Assembly (NCBI GenBank): GCA_000004985.1
Contig: GG738866.1
Origin: Naegleria gruberi
Lineage: Eukaryota
Strand: one strand, 5' to 3'
DNA: 64,000 bases
In this document: positions 1 through 11,705 of the stretch, in pieces
Position numbering within the stretch: the first letter of the stretch is position 1
How the letters are laid out: each line of letters opens with the position of its first letter
Made by a program: the position numbers and the translations under genes
The notes under the pieces: model-generated
What the model was told of the DNA's origin: nothing
The model's input: the letters and a program-made list of their open reading frames with translations, nothing else
Databases searched by the model: none

Positions 1-27
1 CTTTGTGTAATTGCTTCCCTTTTATTC

Positions 28-1395
28 GTGTACAATTTACGTTCTGGTGTATTTACAAAGATTCAAAATACTATTACAACTAGTGTTGATGATAGTATGG
101 ACTCTCTAGAAGAAGCTACAACAATTTACGACCATAGCACTTATGATGGATCTCTAATAGCGAATAGACACCATCAGGAACCTGTATCAAAGTCTACCTG
201 GGAAAGTCTGCAGTCTTCAGACCCTAGAACAGATAAATTAGTGATGGGTGTAGATGAACAACCACAAGAAAAGAAGAAGAAGAATAAGAAAAAGGTGATA
301 CAATCACAAACAGAAGAAGAACAAACACCACCAACAACAACAACAATTTCTGAACAAAACCCAAAGTTAATGATGGAAAATAACAAGGCAACAAAAACAA
401 CCACACCTATTCAACCGGAAGGAGGTGTTAAAACAGAAGACATTAAGCCTTTACCATATATCAAACCTTTAAACCATCACGATATCCCACTTCCAACTAG
501 AAAACCAACACCACAAGAAGAAAATGAAATTAATACGGATTTTAAGATTGATCATATTTATGTGATTAATTTGAAAATAAGAGAAGATAGAAGACAAAAA
601 TCTATAAGACGTTTAAACACTTTAGGTGGTATATTTTCGAATTATACATTCTTTGAACCTGTATTTGGTGAAGCATTAACAGACCAAGATATTTTCAATC
701 ATGTATCTATTACAACTTACAAGGCCATTTTGGAAGGAAGAAGTTTGGATTATCAACTTTCCACAAAGGGTGGTGTTGGTTGTTATCTTACACATACCAA
801 CATCTGGAAGGATATGATTGAGAAAGGTTATGAGAGAATTTTAATATTTGAGGACGATTTTGAAATTACCAGTCCTTACGATGAAATTATGACCTATTTT
901 TCACACTTACCAAAGAAATTTGATGTTGCTTTTATGTACTTCAGCTTGTTCCCTGGAAGTGGAGAATTTGAAAGATACAACGATTATTGGATGACAACAA
1001 CAGCCACTAGAGTTTATGGAGCAGCAAGTTACATCATTAATAGGGGTGCTGCAGAAAAATTGTTAGAAAAGGCTTTCCCAATCGATTTGCAATTAGATGC
1101 ATTTATCAATCACTATGTTACATTTACTGGAGGACTCAGATTGTACTCTAGTAAGCTTTTGTTCGGCCACGAGATAACCGAACTCTTCAAGACTAATGTA
1201 CAAGATTATTGTTGGAAATGCATTGCCAATAATTTGATGGATAACTTCCTTTCTGTAGAATTGGTCTTTAACGTATTTCTGATTATGATTGCAGTGGTTG
1301 TAGTTTTAGTGCTGTATGTTAAATTCTTTTCGAAAATTCTTGCTCGTAAACACGGAAAGCAAGATAGACTTGCCGAATGGGCACACGATGAATAA
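28..1395 (+). CDS. Glycosyltransferase family 25-like (LPS/procollagen galactosyltransferase-type) membrane protein. The reading frame is open to the window start and the first ATG is at 97.
   Basis: Low-complexity K/T/P-rich N-terminus. Then HIYVINL..R..R..LGG, GGVGCYLTHTNIWKDMIEKGYERILIFEDDFEI (GT25 motifs) and a C-terminal TM helix LVFNVFLIMIAVVVVLVLYV. The ORF-track start at 28 is GTG and the frame has no stop back to position 1. Confidence 0.55.
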   Translation: MYNLRSGVFTKIQNTITTSVDDSMDSLEEATTIYDHSTYDGSLIANRHHQEPVSKSTWESLQSSDPRTDKLVMGVDEQPQEKKKKNKKKVIQSQTEEEQTPPTTTTISEQNPKLMMENNKATKTTTPIQPEGGVKTEDIKPLPYIKPLNHHDIPLPTRKPTPQEENEINTDFKIDHIYVINLKIREDRRQKSIRRLNTLGGIFSNYTFFEPVFGEALTDQDIFNHVSITTYKAILEGRSLDYQLSTKGGVGCYLTHTNIWKDMIEKGYERILIFEDDFEITSPYDEIMTYFSHLPKKFDVAFMYFSLFPGSGEFERYNDYWMTTTATRVYGAASYIINRGAAEKLLEKAFPIDLQLDAFINHYVTFTGGLRLYSSKLLFGHEITELFKTNVQDYCWKCIANNLMDNFLSVELVFNVFLIMIAVVVVLVLYVKFFSKILARKHGKQDRLAEWAHDE

Positions 1396-1728
1396 TGCAT
1401 CACCACACCTTACCTTTGACTACTACTACTCTAGGATTACTCTGATGTTGTATTATATTGAGACACGATGACGATAATAAATATTGTCCAAATATAATGT
1501 AGATAAATTTATGAGCTATTTGAATTCGAAACACTGAGATTATATTCTCCATTAAGGCATCTCACAAATATCTTCATTCACCTCAAAATCATTGTAAAAT
1601 AGGATAGAAAAAGTACGCACGATCATTAGAAAATTAGAAAAAATACAGTGAAGAGAACACTTTGCATCAGCACTCTTTTCCTCTCCAATTTTAAATTAAT
1701 AATAATATATCAAATTGATATCGAATAG

Positions 1729-2594
1729 ATGATGGATTCACGTAAAACTGTTTTAATTACTGGAGGCTTGAACGGAATTGGTTTGGAAATTTCTCGTGCC
1801 TGTTTACAGAGTAAATTGTATAATATTTGTGTTGCCGATATTGCAATTCCACAAGAAGGTTCATTGCCAATCGATCCTTTCCAAAATATTGAAGAATCAC
1901 AAGGAAGATATCTTTTATTACATTGTGATGTTTCAAAGGAAGATCATGTACAACAAGTTGTCTCGAAAACAGTTGAAACTTTTTCTAGATTGGATGCAGT
2001 GATTAATAATGCAGCCATTTCTCATCCACACTATGGAGCTAAAGATATTACTGGTTTATCTTTGGAAGAATGGAATCGTACAGTTTCTATTAATTTGACA
2101 AGCATTTTCCTCACTACAAAGTATGCAGTCCCACATTTGAAACAATCAAAGGGATGTATCATTAACGTTTCAAGCACAAGAGCTTTGCAAAGTGAGGCCA
2201 ATACAGAAATTTATAGTGCCACTAAGGGTGCAGTATTATCGCTCACTCACTCCTTATCTATTAGTTTAGGACCAGAAATTAATGTAAATGCCATTTCTCC
2301 TGGTTGGATCGATGTTCAAGACCATCAACTTGGAAAGGAAAGAGAATATAATTTGAGAGATTTGGATCATCGTCAACATCCAGTCGGTCGTGTTGGAAGA
2401 GTAAGTATAATTTCACAATAATATTTTAAATAGTTCACAAATGAAAGCCTGAAGATGTCTCAAAATTATGCTTGTACTTGATTCAAGATGGATGTCAAGA
2501 AGGAGGTGGTTTCATCACTGGTCAAAACTTTGTCATTGATGGTGGTATGACAAAGAAGATGATTTATTTGGGTGAACCATGGTGGAATGAATAA
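1729..2594 (+). CDS. Short-chain dehydrogenase/reductase (SDR). Two exons: 1729..2400 and 2448..2594, joined across a 47-nt GTAAGT..AG intron.
   Basis: [11 protein letters not shown] (TGxxxGxG), NNAAIS, catalytic YSATK, C-terminal ...[11 protein letters not shown]...[14 protein letters not shown]. Splicing restores the conserved SDR C-terminus that the unspliced ORF (ending 2421) truncates. Confidence 0.8.
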
Positions 2595-2738
2595 ATATAT
2601 TTATTTTTTGAATTTTGTAATTTTCAAGAATCTTGTTTATGATTTTGTAAGGAGTTTAGGAATAGCCTTATTCTTTGAAGGAATTAGAGAAAATAAGTTA
2701 AATAGTTGCAGATTTCAATTATTGAAATATTTAAAAAT

Positions 2739-3262
2739 TTATCTCAAGAATAAAGCACCATTTCTCCAAGTAGTGTCACCGTTATAATATACACCAGCTT
2801 CATATTGAAATCCTCCTTCAGGAGCTCCATAATAGGTAAAAGTTGTGAAAATACTTTTTGTTTGGGACATGTGGACCAATCCCACATTGTGTCCTATTCT
2901 GAATCCAACACATTGACCATTGGTTGCTTTTGAATAGGACATGTGAGTTGGGACCACTTGTGTACCTGTATGTATTGTACAATTGACTGCTCTATCAGGA
3001 TTACAAATGTCAATGAGGAGTAAGGAACAGCTCTCACCTGTTTGGAGACAGCCATCAATTCTTCTGTCTTAATGTGGAAATAGGTGGTTTCTGAGGTGGC
3101 CACAGCTGTATTGTCATCAAAAACATGGAAGTGAACTCCCTTATAATCAATTCGAATGCCAGCAAACAATGTCCAACCACCTCCATCAGTGGTCATATCA
3201 CAATAAACAGTCATGACTGTAGATCCAGGTTTGATTTGATACAATCCACTTCCTTCATTATT
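2739..3262 (-). CDS. Fibrinogen-related-domain (FReD)-like gene fragment with unresolved exon structure. The 5' exons upstream of 3262 and the phase of the two short downstream introns (about 2992..3037 and 2927..2965) could not be reconciled.
   Basis: NNEGSGLYQIKPGSTVMTVYCDMTTDGGGWTL is a near-perfect match to the FReD core (SGxYxIxP...VYCDMxTDGGGWTV). The downstream sequence is diverged, and the two ORFs (2894..3244, 2739..2957) sit in different frames. Confidence 0.35.
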
Positions 3263-3988
3263 CTAAACATATGGAATGGATGGGAATACATTTATAACCA
3301 ACTGAAGCAGTAAATGTTAAAAGGTAATGACTGGACGTCCAGATATTAAAGTAATTAAGCGACACACAGCAGATCATTCATTTGCTTTCAATAATTCACA
3401 CAATATATAAAACCAGTCATTATTTGAATACCTTAATGGTGACTACACATAAACATCCTTATCTTCTTTACAGTTACTTGATTACTACTCATCAAAGATC
3501 GTGATCCTGTACTGAGATTGTGGTCATCGAACTCATCGTAAATCTTTCTCAAGGAGCTTGTTTCCTCTCCTACTCTGTTTGTTCAAATCAAATTGTTGCC
3601 ACTTGAATGTGTGTGAAAATGATTATCACTTCTAAGGAGTACCATGGACAATAATGAAAACAAGTCCTTTCACACTCCCATCTTCTGACCTTAACTCCTT
3701 TCACTTCCTTCTATTCTAATTCGGAGACGAAATTGGATCATTGAATGATCATGTAGACATTTATTGTCTTTTCTAGGTGTTCGAATATTAAAACTTGAAG
3801 AGTTCGTTTAGTTGCACTGTTCGTTCACAACTCCACATACATCCAAATCGAGATTGTTTACATATTTTTCAATAGTAAAGATTCATGGTATAGGAGTTTC
3901 TTTGAAAATTGTAACCCCCATTCAATTTTTCTAGAACATTGAAGAGAAGTCCTTCCTGACCTCCAAAAACAAACATCTCGAAAAAAAA

Positions 3989-6199
3989 ATGAGTAAATTG
4001 ACAAGTGTCATGTTGCTTGTGGTGGTGATGTTCGCCATCTTAGCACATTTATGCGCAGCACAAAGTACTTTCAGCACTACAAATGAATGTAAATTCTGTA
4101 AAACTGCTGTTGAAATGGTGGTTAGCAAATATGGTAAGTAAAATAATTCATGATGTCATCATGAGTACTGACACACCATTTGACAGTCAAACCAGCATTT
4201 GCTAAAGCCTTTTGTAGACGTATGGGATTTAAATTCTGTACTAAACTTGAAACCTATCTTGAAGGAGCTAGATCAATTAAACATGCCAAAGATTTGAAGA
4301 GTAATTTGGCATTGACAATTTGTAAGGGTGCTTTAAAGATTTGTTCCAATAAGAACCAAAAGGAAACAACACAACAAGTTGATGAAGTGACATATGTTTT
4401 CCAAATTGTTGATGGTCCAAAGTTTTTCAATTTCACAGAACAATCTGATGCTTTCGACTCAATTAATGGAAATGCCACTTTATTTGGTTATTATTATAAT
4501 AGTTCTGCTCATTCAGTTTTTAATGGAACAATGAATACTACTGGAGATGTTTCATTCAATGGAACTCATAATGTTTTTGTTAATGGAAGTTATATTCATC
4601 AAAATGGATCATTGTTTATTGGAAACAATTTGACAGTTATTAATGGAAGTGTTTCACATAATGGATCTTTCCTCATCACAAATAATACCTATCACCATAA
4701 TGGTAGCACCTTTATGAATGGTAGTATTTCAAATGATTTTATGGGAATTAATGGAACTTTGAATTCTACTGGATATATCTATATTTCTAATTCAACTTTC
4801 TATTCTAATGGTTCAGTAACAAAGAATGGATCAATTTCATATGGAAATGGTACTTTTGAAGGAAATGGAACTCATTCACACTCTGGTGTTATCAGATATC
4901 ACAATGATACCATGTATCACAATGGTTCATTGAATCATAATGGTACAATGAATTATGGTAACGGTACATTCTTCTCCAATGGTTCATTAGCTCACAATGG
5001 TTCAATTCATTACAATAATGGTTCAATTTATCACAATGGTTCATTGAATCATAATGGTACAATGAATTATGGAAATGGTACATTCTTCTCCAATGGTTCA
5101 TTAGCTCATAATGGTTCAATTCATTACAATAATGGTTCTGTTTATCACAATGGTTCATTGAATCATAATGGTACCTTGTATTATGGTAATCAAACCTATT
5201 TCAATGGTTCTACATCTCAAAATGGAAGTGTTTGGTATCACAATGGATACCATTTCTCACAATGGTTCATTGAATCATAATGGTACAATGAATTATGGAA
5301 ACGGTACATTCTTCTCCAATGGTTCATTAGCTCACAATGGTTCAATTCATTACAATAATGGTTCAATTTATCATAATGGTTCATTGAATCATAATGGTAC
5401 AATGAATTATGGAAATGGTACATTCTTCTCCAATGGTTCATTAGCTCACAATGGTTCAATTCATTACAATAATGGTTCTGTTTATCACAATGGTTCATTG
5501 AATCATAATGGTACCTTGTATTATGGTAATCAAACTTATTTCAATGGTTCTACATCTCAAAATGGAAGTGTTTGGTACAACAATGGATCAATTTCTTACA
5601 ATGGTTCATTGAATCATAATGGTACTATTTATTATGGAAATGGATCATTGTCATCCAATGGTTCATTATCTCACAATGGTTCAATTTACTATAATAATGG
5701 AACTATTAACCATAACGGATCAATTGTTTACAACTCTAGTACTGGCTCTGATTCATCTCTTTGTTGGGGACAATCCGTTTGCATTCGTGGTGATTATACC
5801 TCTAGTGGTAAACTCAATTCCAGTTTATTCGATAATGCTGTTGGACTCACTGGTAACATGACTGTAAATGGTGATTTGATTATCAATAGATCTTTCAATG
5901 TTCAAGGTAACTTGTTCGTTAATGGTACCCTTAGATTGCACGGTTATTTGAATGTTGCTGCTGGCAGTTCATTCACTTTGTGGGGTAAGATTGTTGTGAA
6001 TGGAAAGATTGTCGTCAGTGGAAATCTCAGTATTACCAGTTTGAAATCCGGCAGATTTAACATTGATTCTTCCAATACTTTATCAGTCAATAACAGCAAT
6101 GTTTACTTTAAGGGAAAGAGTTTCAGCGTTTTCGTTAATAGAAATGGTGAAGGCACCTATTCTGTTAATAAGGAAGTTTCCACCCATGCAAGAGGATAA
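3989..6199 (+). CDS. Secreted saposin-like plus NxS/T (N-glycosylation-sequon) repeat protein. Exons 3989..4133 and 4187..6199 (53-nt intron). One frame break near 5248 inside the tandem repeats.
   Basis: Signal peptide MSKLTSVMLLVVVMFAILAHLCA. Six-Cys saposin-B-like module CKFCKTAVEMV..VKPAFAKAFCRRMGFKFCTKLE..ICKGALKIC. Then about 40-aa NGS/NGT-rich units HNGSLNHNGTMNYGNGTFFSNGSLAHNGSIHYNNGS. C-terminal beta-rich region GDLIINRSFNVQGNLFVNGTLRLHGYLNVAAG. Confidence 0.6.
4921..5600. repeat. Tandem coding repeat: 120-bp (40-aa) units arranged as two 340-bp higher-order copies starting at 4921 and 5261.
   Basis: The string aatggttcattgaatcataatggtacaatgaattatgg recurs at 4921, 5041, 5261 and 5381. 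The 340-bp period is not a multiple of 3: copy 1 has ggataccatttct where copy 2 has ggatcaatttct, which explains the frame break. Confidence 0.8.
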
Positions 6200-6250
6200 A
6201 TAAACTTTGAAATAACCTTCCAAAAAATGGATGCAACCAGCGTGGTTCGA

Positions 6251-8573
6251 TTATCGTCTGTGTGCGTGGAGTATTCCCTCCCCATGAATAGCCAAGTCCT
6301 CTAAAGTATCAGATCCATGAATTTGAGCTCCTTGTTCCGTGGAAAAAATAATTTCATTCTCATTTAAGGAGTGATGTTGACAGTAGGCAGTGAAAAGTTT
6401 TTGTAATGCAGTCGATCGCTTAATTTTAAAATAAACCTCGATATTATTTTCATCCTGTATGTAGATCAAGTAACAGTAATCTAAACTAACTTACAATTAC
6501 AACAATTTGGGCAACACTGTCATCTGGTATATCAGTTGTTGAACTTCTTTTAGATCGCAGTAATCTTCTTGTATCTCTAAAAAATTCTCCATACTCTTCA
6601 GTTACGAATTCAGTAAAAACTGAATAACTATTGTGCTTGATTAAATCAAATGGTGTTACCCCAGCCTTATTTTCTTTTCCAAGGAGAAATGGAACTTTTT
6701 TCAACAGACCTGTAATTGGATAGCTAGATATTTTGTGATTGTACAAAGCTAACTGGATATAATGTAAAAAATTATCTCCAAACTCATTCTCTTCGTATAG
6801 AGAAAGATCCTGATTATCTAATTCCTTGAATATAATATCTATTGTAAATGGACTAGTTTGCGAAATAATGATAACTAGCAGTGGAACATGAACAAATTCG
6901 CTATATATTTCGAAATTTTTAGGCAAACATTGAATCTTTTCATACCACAATTGCATAAACTCATCCTTCTGTGTTTTTAGTAGATAAAGTACTAGTTTTT
7001 CTAAATAGATATAGTTACAACTAGAATAATAGTATTTAACTAAAGATAAACACAAATCTCTGCTAATCTTTCCAATACTGTATAGTACTGTTAAAAAAAC
7101 CTCGTCAGACAATGTACAAAAGAGTAACTCTTCAAGATTTGCTTCAAATCTCCATCCATTAAACATTCCAAAATATATCAATCTTTCCGATTCCTCATTT
7201 AAAAATAATTTTCCATTTTGATAGGTATTTGATAAATAAATTAAATATTGAAATACTTCAGGATTAGAAACTTCCAAGCCATTTAAGGCTAGTCCTGCAA
7301 TGGGTAATTGTATATCAATCACCAAAATATCTAATATTTCTTTCATTAAAAACAAGTCGGATCTATAAGGGCTGTCCATCAATTTCGTAAAATCAAATGA
7401 ATTTGGAATGCAAGACATCATATAGTCAATGAATTTAGAACCAAATTTTTTGCTCATTAACGAAAGATACTTCTTCATCCCATTTCCAGTCGAATTAGGG
7501 AACTTGAAGGTGTTACACTTATACTTCTTCATTAGAATATCCTCTTCTTTTGTATTAGTTATTATTTCAAGTTCGTTGACAGTCTCTAGTAATTGTTCAG
7601 AGTCACCAAATAATGTCACTTTCTCTACTTTCTTACAATGTTTGGTGATAAAGTTAGCAGAAGGATCTAATAATACTAAATGTTTAACAATTGTATTTCC
7701 TTCAAACTCATTGATTGAGTTGTTCTTTTGGAGCACAGGAGATGATCTAAATACTAGTTTAGTATAATTATAATCGAGCAAATTCTTTGATATTGGTATT
7801 GGTGGGGGTGGTGCGTGAAAGAAGAATCCATCATCAAGATAATACCTTTCGTCAACATCTTTAGTATCGCGTTCCAATTTGCCAGAAAAAATTGGAACTC
7901 CATCCTGAAAGAGATGTTTGGGAATTATTTTGGAACTACAATCATCATTTTGATATAAATAGAGCTCATTATCTTGTAATGTGTTGGTTTTGTAGAATTC
8001 TTGTTGCTTTAGTAAATAGAGTATTCTTTTCAAATAATTCTTATCGCCACTCACAAGAACTAATTCTTCCATTGACAAAATTTTGATCATCATTCTCCTG
8101 TTAAACTCTTTTGAAATGACTCTCATTTTGTGATAGTTGACCATTGGAATATCAGTACAATAGCCACCTTCTTCCAAAACTTTGTTGAGCCAAATTGGAC
8201 AAGAATTCAAATCTTTAAATTTTCTTTCCAAACTCTTCCATCTACTCGTAGTAGGAATAAATTCAATAATATCATATCTTATATCGATATTCAACTTTCT
8301 TATTAATTCACAATCAATTTCTAATTGTTGTACATTAATTTGACTTTCAAGCCTTTTTTGATCTTGTTCAATCCAGCCTCTCGCAACATCACCCACAGCA
8401 AAATACAAATTATCACTCACAACATTTCGGAAGGCTTCATAAGAGGTGCTTTTGTATTTTGTTTGCAATTTTTCAAGCATTTTCCGAGACTCTTTATCAA
8501 TTTCTGAGGAAAGCAATCGTTCAATCACAAAAGCCTCTACAGAGAGTTTACCTGGTTCCCCTTGTGTGATCAT
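6251..8573 (-). CDS. Large (about 763-aa) protein of unknown function with a C-terminal SUMO/ubiquitin-like domain. Exons 6495..8573 and 6251..6454 (40-nt intron).
   Basis: The 695-aa ORF ends ...DDSVAQIVVI at a GTAAGT donor. The downstream exon encodes DENNIEVYFKIKRSTALQKLFTAYCQHHSLNENEIIFSTEQGAQIHGSDTLEDLAIHGEGILHAHRR, a SUMO/Rad60-SLD-like fold ending HRR* with no GG. Confidence 0.55.
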
Positions 8574-8820
8574 TTTTTTCTATTTTTTTAAAGTTTACAA
8601 AATTGTAAAGTTTCTTGTTTCAGTTCTTTTCAAAAATTGTTATTGAAAATCCATTCATTGAAAATCAAACGATTGATAATTGATTCTTTATGTGGCCACG
8701 CTATTATTTGGTCAATGTCTCAAAATGGTCACTTTCCATATTTCATTTCCACTTTAAATTTTACATTTAAAGAAATTTCCATTCTCTTTTATTCTTTCTA
8801 CATAAAAAAATCAAAGCAAG

Positions 8821-10413
8821 ATGCCAGATTATTCAACTCAAGCAACCGAACAAATCAGATTCCCAGAAACTGAGTACAAGAAACACCCAACTCTCAAAAT
8901 GAGAGCTCTCCAATGGATGGGCAAGAAAACAGTTAAAGTCAATGAAGTAAGCCGTCCACAAATCACTGAACCAACAGATGTCATTGTAAAGGTAACAACC
9001 TCAACCATTTGTGGAAGTGATTTGCACTTGTACTTTGGAGAATTCTCTGGAATGCATCAGGGAGATATTTTGGGGCATGAGGCAGTTGGAATTGTTGATG
9101 AAGTTGGTGCCAATATTAAGAATGTTAAGAAGGGTGATAGAGTTGTTGTTTCTGCTGTCATTTCATGTGGTCAATGTGAATATTGTGAGAGAAAGGAGTT
9201 TAGTTTGTGTGATATGACTAATCCTAGTAAGGAAATGGAGAAGATGTATGGTCATAGAACTGCTGCCTTATTTGGTTATTCTCATTTAACAGTAAGTTGT
9301 TAGAATAGTTTTGATTCTAATACGGAAATTTATTAGGGAGGTTATGCAGGTGGTCAATCAGAATATGTCAGAGTTCCATTAGGTGATCAAAATCTTCTCG
9401 TTGTAGAGAATGCAAATCTAAAGGATGATTTGCTCATTCTCTTGGCTGATGTTGCCTGTACTGGTTTCCATGCCACTGAATGTGCTGATGTTCATTTCAA
9501 TGATAAGGTAAGTTTCGAATAGAATTTCTAATACTGAATTCTAATCATTTTCAAGGTTGTTATCTTTGGAGCTGGTCCCGTTGGCTTAATGGCAGCTATG
9601 TGGTCTTTCTACAGAGGTGCCCAACACGTTGTCCTCATTGATGGAGAAGAGTACAGATTAGAAAAAGCTCGTCAAGTCTTTGGAAACCTCAACGAATTGG
9701 GAGGAATGAAAAAGGCAGATGTTGAGCTATGGAAAGGCAAATCAAAGAACATTCTCGAATCTGATTTGCAATCATTATCATTGAGTTCACCATTCACCTC
9801 AGGTAGTGAAAGCACTGAAAAGAAAATAGAAAGCAAACAAGAAAATATTCCATCTGAATGTTTCAGTGGAAGTAAAGCTTTCGAACAAGAAATTCCAAAA
9901 CATGTCCAATTCCATACCATTAATTTCCACGATTGGGCATCAGTTGATGGTGGAGTTGTCAAGGCAGTTCAATCCCTAATTCCAGGAGGACCTGATGTTT
10001 GCTTGGATGCTGTTGGTTTCAGATTCGAAAGAGGATTCCTTCACACCATTGAAAGATCTCTTGGATTGGAGACAGACACTCCTCAAATTCTGAATGATTG
10101 CATCATTTGTTGTAAGAAGGGTGGCAGATTGGGAATTGTTGGAGATTACTTGAATAGATGTAATGATTTTGCAGTTGGTCCACTCATGGAGAAGGGTTTG
10201 AATTGGAAGGGAGGTCAAGTCTTTGTTCAAAGATATTGGAAGGATTTGTTGAGAGTTTTTGAAACCAATCAGCTCAATATTGATCCAACCTTTATCATTA
10301 CTCATCAAGTTCCACTCAGTCAAGCAGATAAGGCCTATGACATGTTTGCCAATTATAAGGATGGTTCAATCAAAGTATTATTGAAACCTGGAATGGATAC
10401 CATCAACTTGTAA
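8821..10413 (+). CDS. Zinc-dependent alcohol dehydrogenase family (MDR) protein. Three exons: 8821..9291, 9337..9507, 9556..10413 (introns 45 and 48 nt).
   Basis: GHEAVGIVDEVG, CGQCEYCERKEFSLCD (structural-zinc Cys cluster), GGYAGGQSEYVRV, and the Rossmann motif VVIFGAGPVGLMAA. Includes an unusual S/E-rich insertion of about 100 aa (about 9700..10000). Confidence 0.75.
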
Positions 10414-10613
10414 ACTATCCACATGTGGCATTTCATCTCCACTATCTACCCTCAAAGTATCAACTCCTCAACTTGTTCAATAATTAATAAAGTGTGAAAA
10501 CCATTACTCGATCAAAAAATCAAAAACTCCGTCAAGACAAGGAGTGAATGTAATTTGTAAAAAAACACCAAAAAAAAATCTTCAACAACAAAAACACGAA
10601 ATTTCATCATTAA

Positions 10614-11690
10614 ATGTTAGCTTCATCATCTATCGTGGTGGATCCTTCGGGAAAGTGCAGTTTAGCCTTTAAACAATTGAGAGATGTTCCATCACAAATG
10701 GTTTTCCAAGCAATGGCCCCTAAAATCATTGAATTGGATTTATCACATAATAATTTAACTGATTTATCGGATAATGTTTTGTGTTTGGAGAATTTAACGA
10801 GTTTAGTACTTGATCATAATCGGATACATTCTGCTTCTACTTTTAATTCAGGAAAACCCCTTCCGAAAATTACATTATTGTAAGTGTGTGTGTGGATCAC
10901 ATCATTGGAAATAATTGAAAATATTTAAATATTAAATTGATGAATAATTAAATACTTAAGATGGGTCAATTCAAACAAAATTAAAGATTTAAAACAATTT
11001 GTAGAAAAGGTTGCCTATCATTTTCCTAATTTAAAGATATTTTCCATGTTGAAGAATGAAGCTTGTCCAAACTTTTTCACTGGTGGATCTGCAGAGGAAT
11101 ATGAACAATATAGATTGTTTGTGATTAGTAGATTGAATAATTTAACAGTATTGGATTCATCAACAGTTACAAAATCTGAGAGAGAAATTGCAAAGAAAAT
11201 GTATGGAAGTCCAGATGCAGTTCCGAGCTATATCAAAGTTCAACAACAAGTTAAATTGGAGGAAGCTGAACAAGCAAGATCAAAAACCATAGCTCAACAG
11301 CAACAACCATCGAGTAATCGTCCTAATTTACCATCACTTGGGTTGCAACAAAATAGAGCTCCACCCAATTCACAACCTTCATTCAATTTACCAAGTATTG
11401 ATAATTTACAATCACGTCAATTTGTTACTACATCATTTAATAATAATGGATATTACAATAATAGTAATAATACTCAATATGATCCATATAATCAAGGAGG
11501 ATATAATGTACCATTAGCTTATTCACAACCAACTAATCTAGTTCAAAATCCACAATTTATTTCACCTCAACCACCAATGCCTCCTTCTCAAGGAGGTATG
11601 CAACTTCCTTCCTTAGATTCACTTGCACAACCTAATACCTCTGGCTATCAACTTCCAAATCAATTCAACCAATATGGATATTACAAGTAA
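10614..11690 (+). CDS. Leucine-rich-repeat protein with an LRRcap-like region and a P/Q/N-rich tail. Exons 10614..10879 and 10961..11690 (81-nt intron).
   Basis: LDLSHNNLTDLSDNVLCLENLTSLVLDHNRI..., then ...FPNLKIFSMLKNEACPNFF..YRLFVISRLNNLTVLD (LRRcap-like), then QQQPSSNRPNLPSLGLQQ... low complexity. Confidence 0.6.
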
Positions 11691-11705
11691 ATAAATTAAT
11701 TTATT

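Noticed and set aside
174-406. Minus-strand ORFs 174..404 and 224..406
   Set aside because: They are antisense to the K/T-rich N-terminal region of the GT25 gene, low-complexity mirror ORFs.
4892-5498. Minus-strand ORFs 4892..5158 and 5238..5498 (MNHCDKQNHYCNELNH...)
   Set aside because: They are antisense read-throughs of the NGS tandem repeat. Periodic His/Cys/Asn composition is a mirror artefact of the sense repeat, with no start context or domain.
7429-8507. Small plus-strand ORFs inside the 6486..8573 gene
   Set aside because: They are antisense to a long intact minus-strand ORF, with no conservation-like features.
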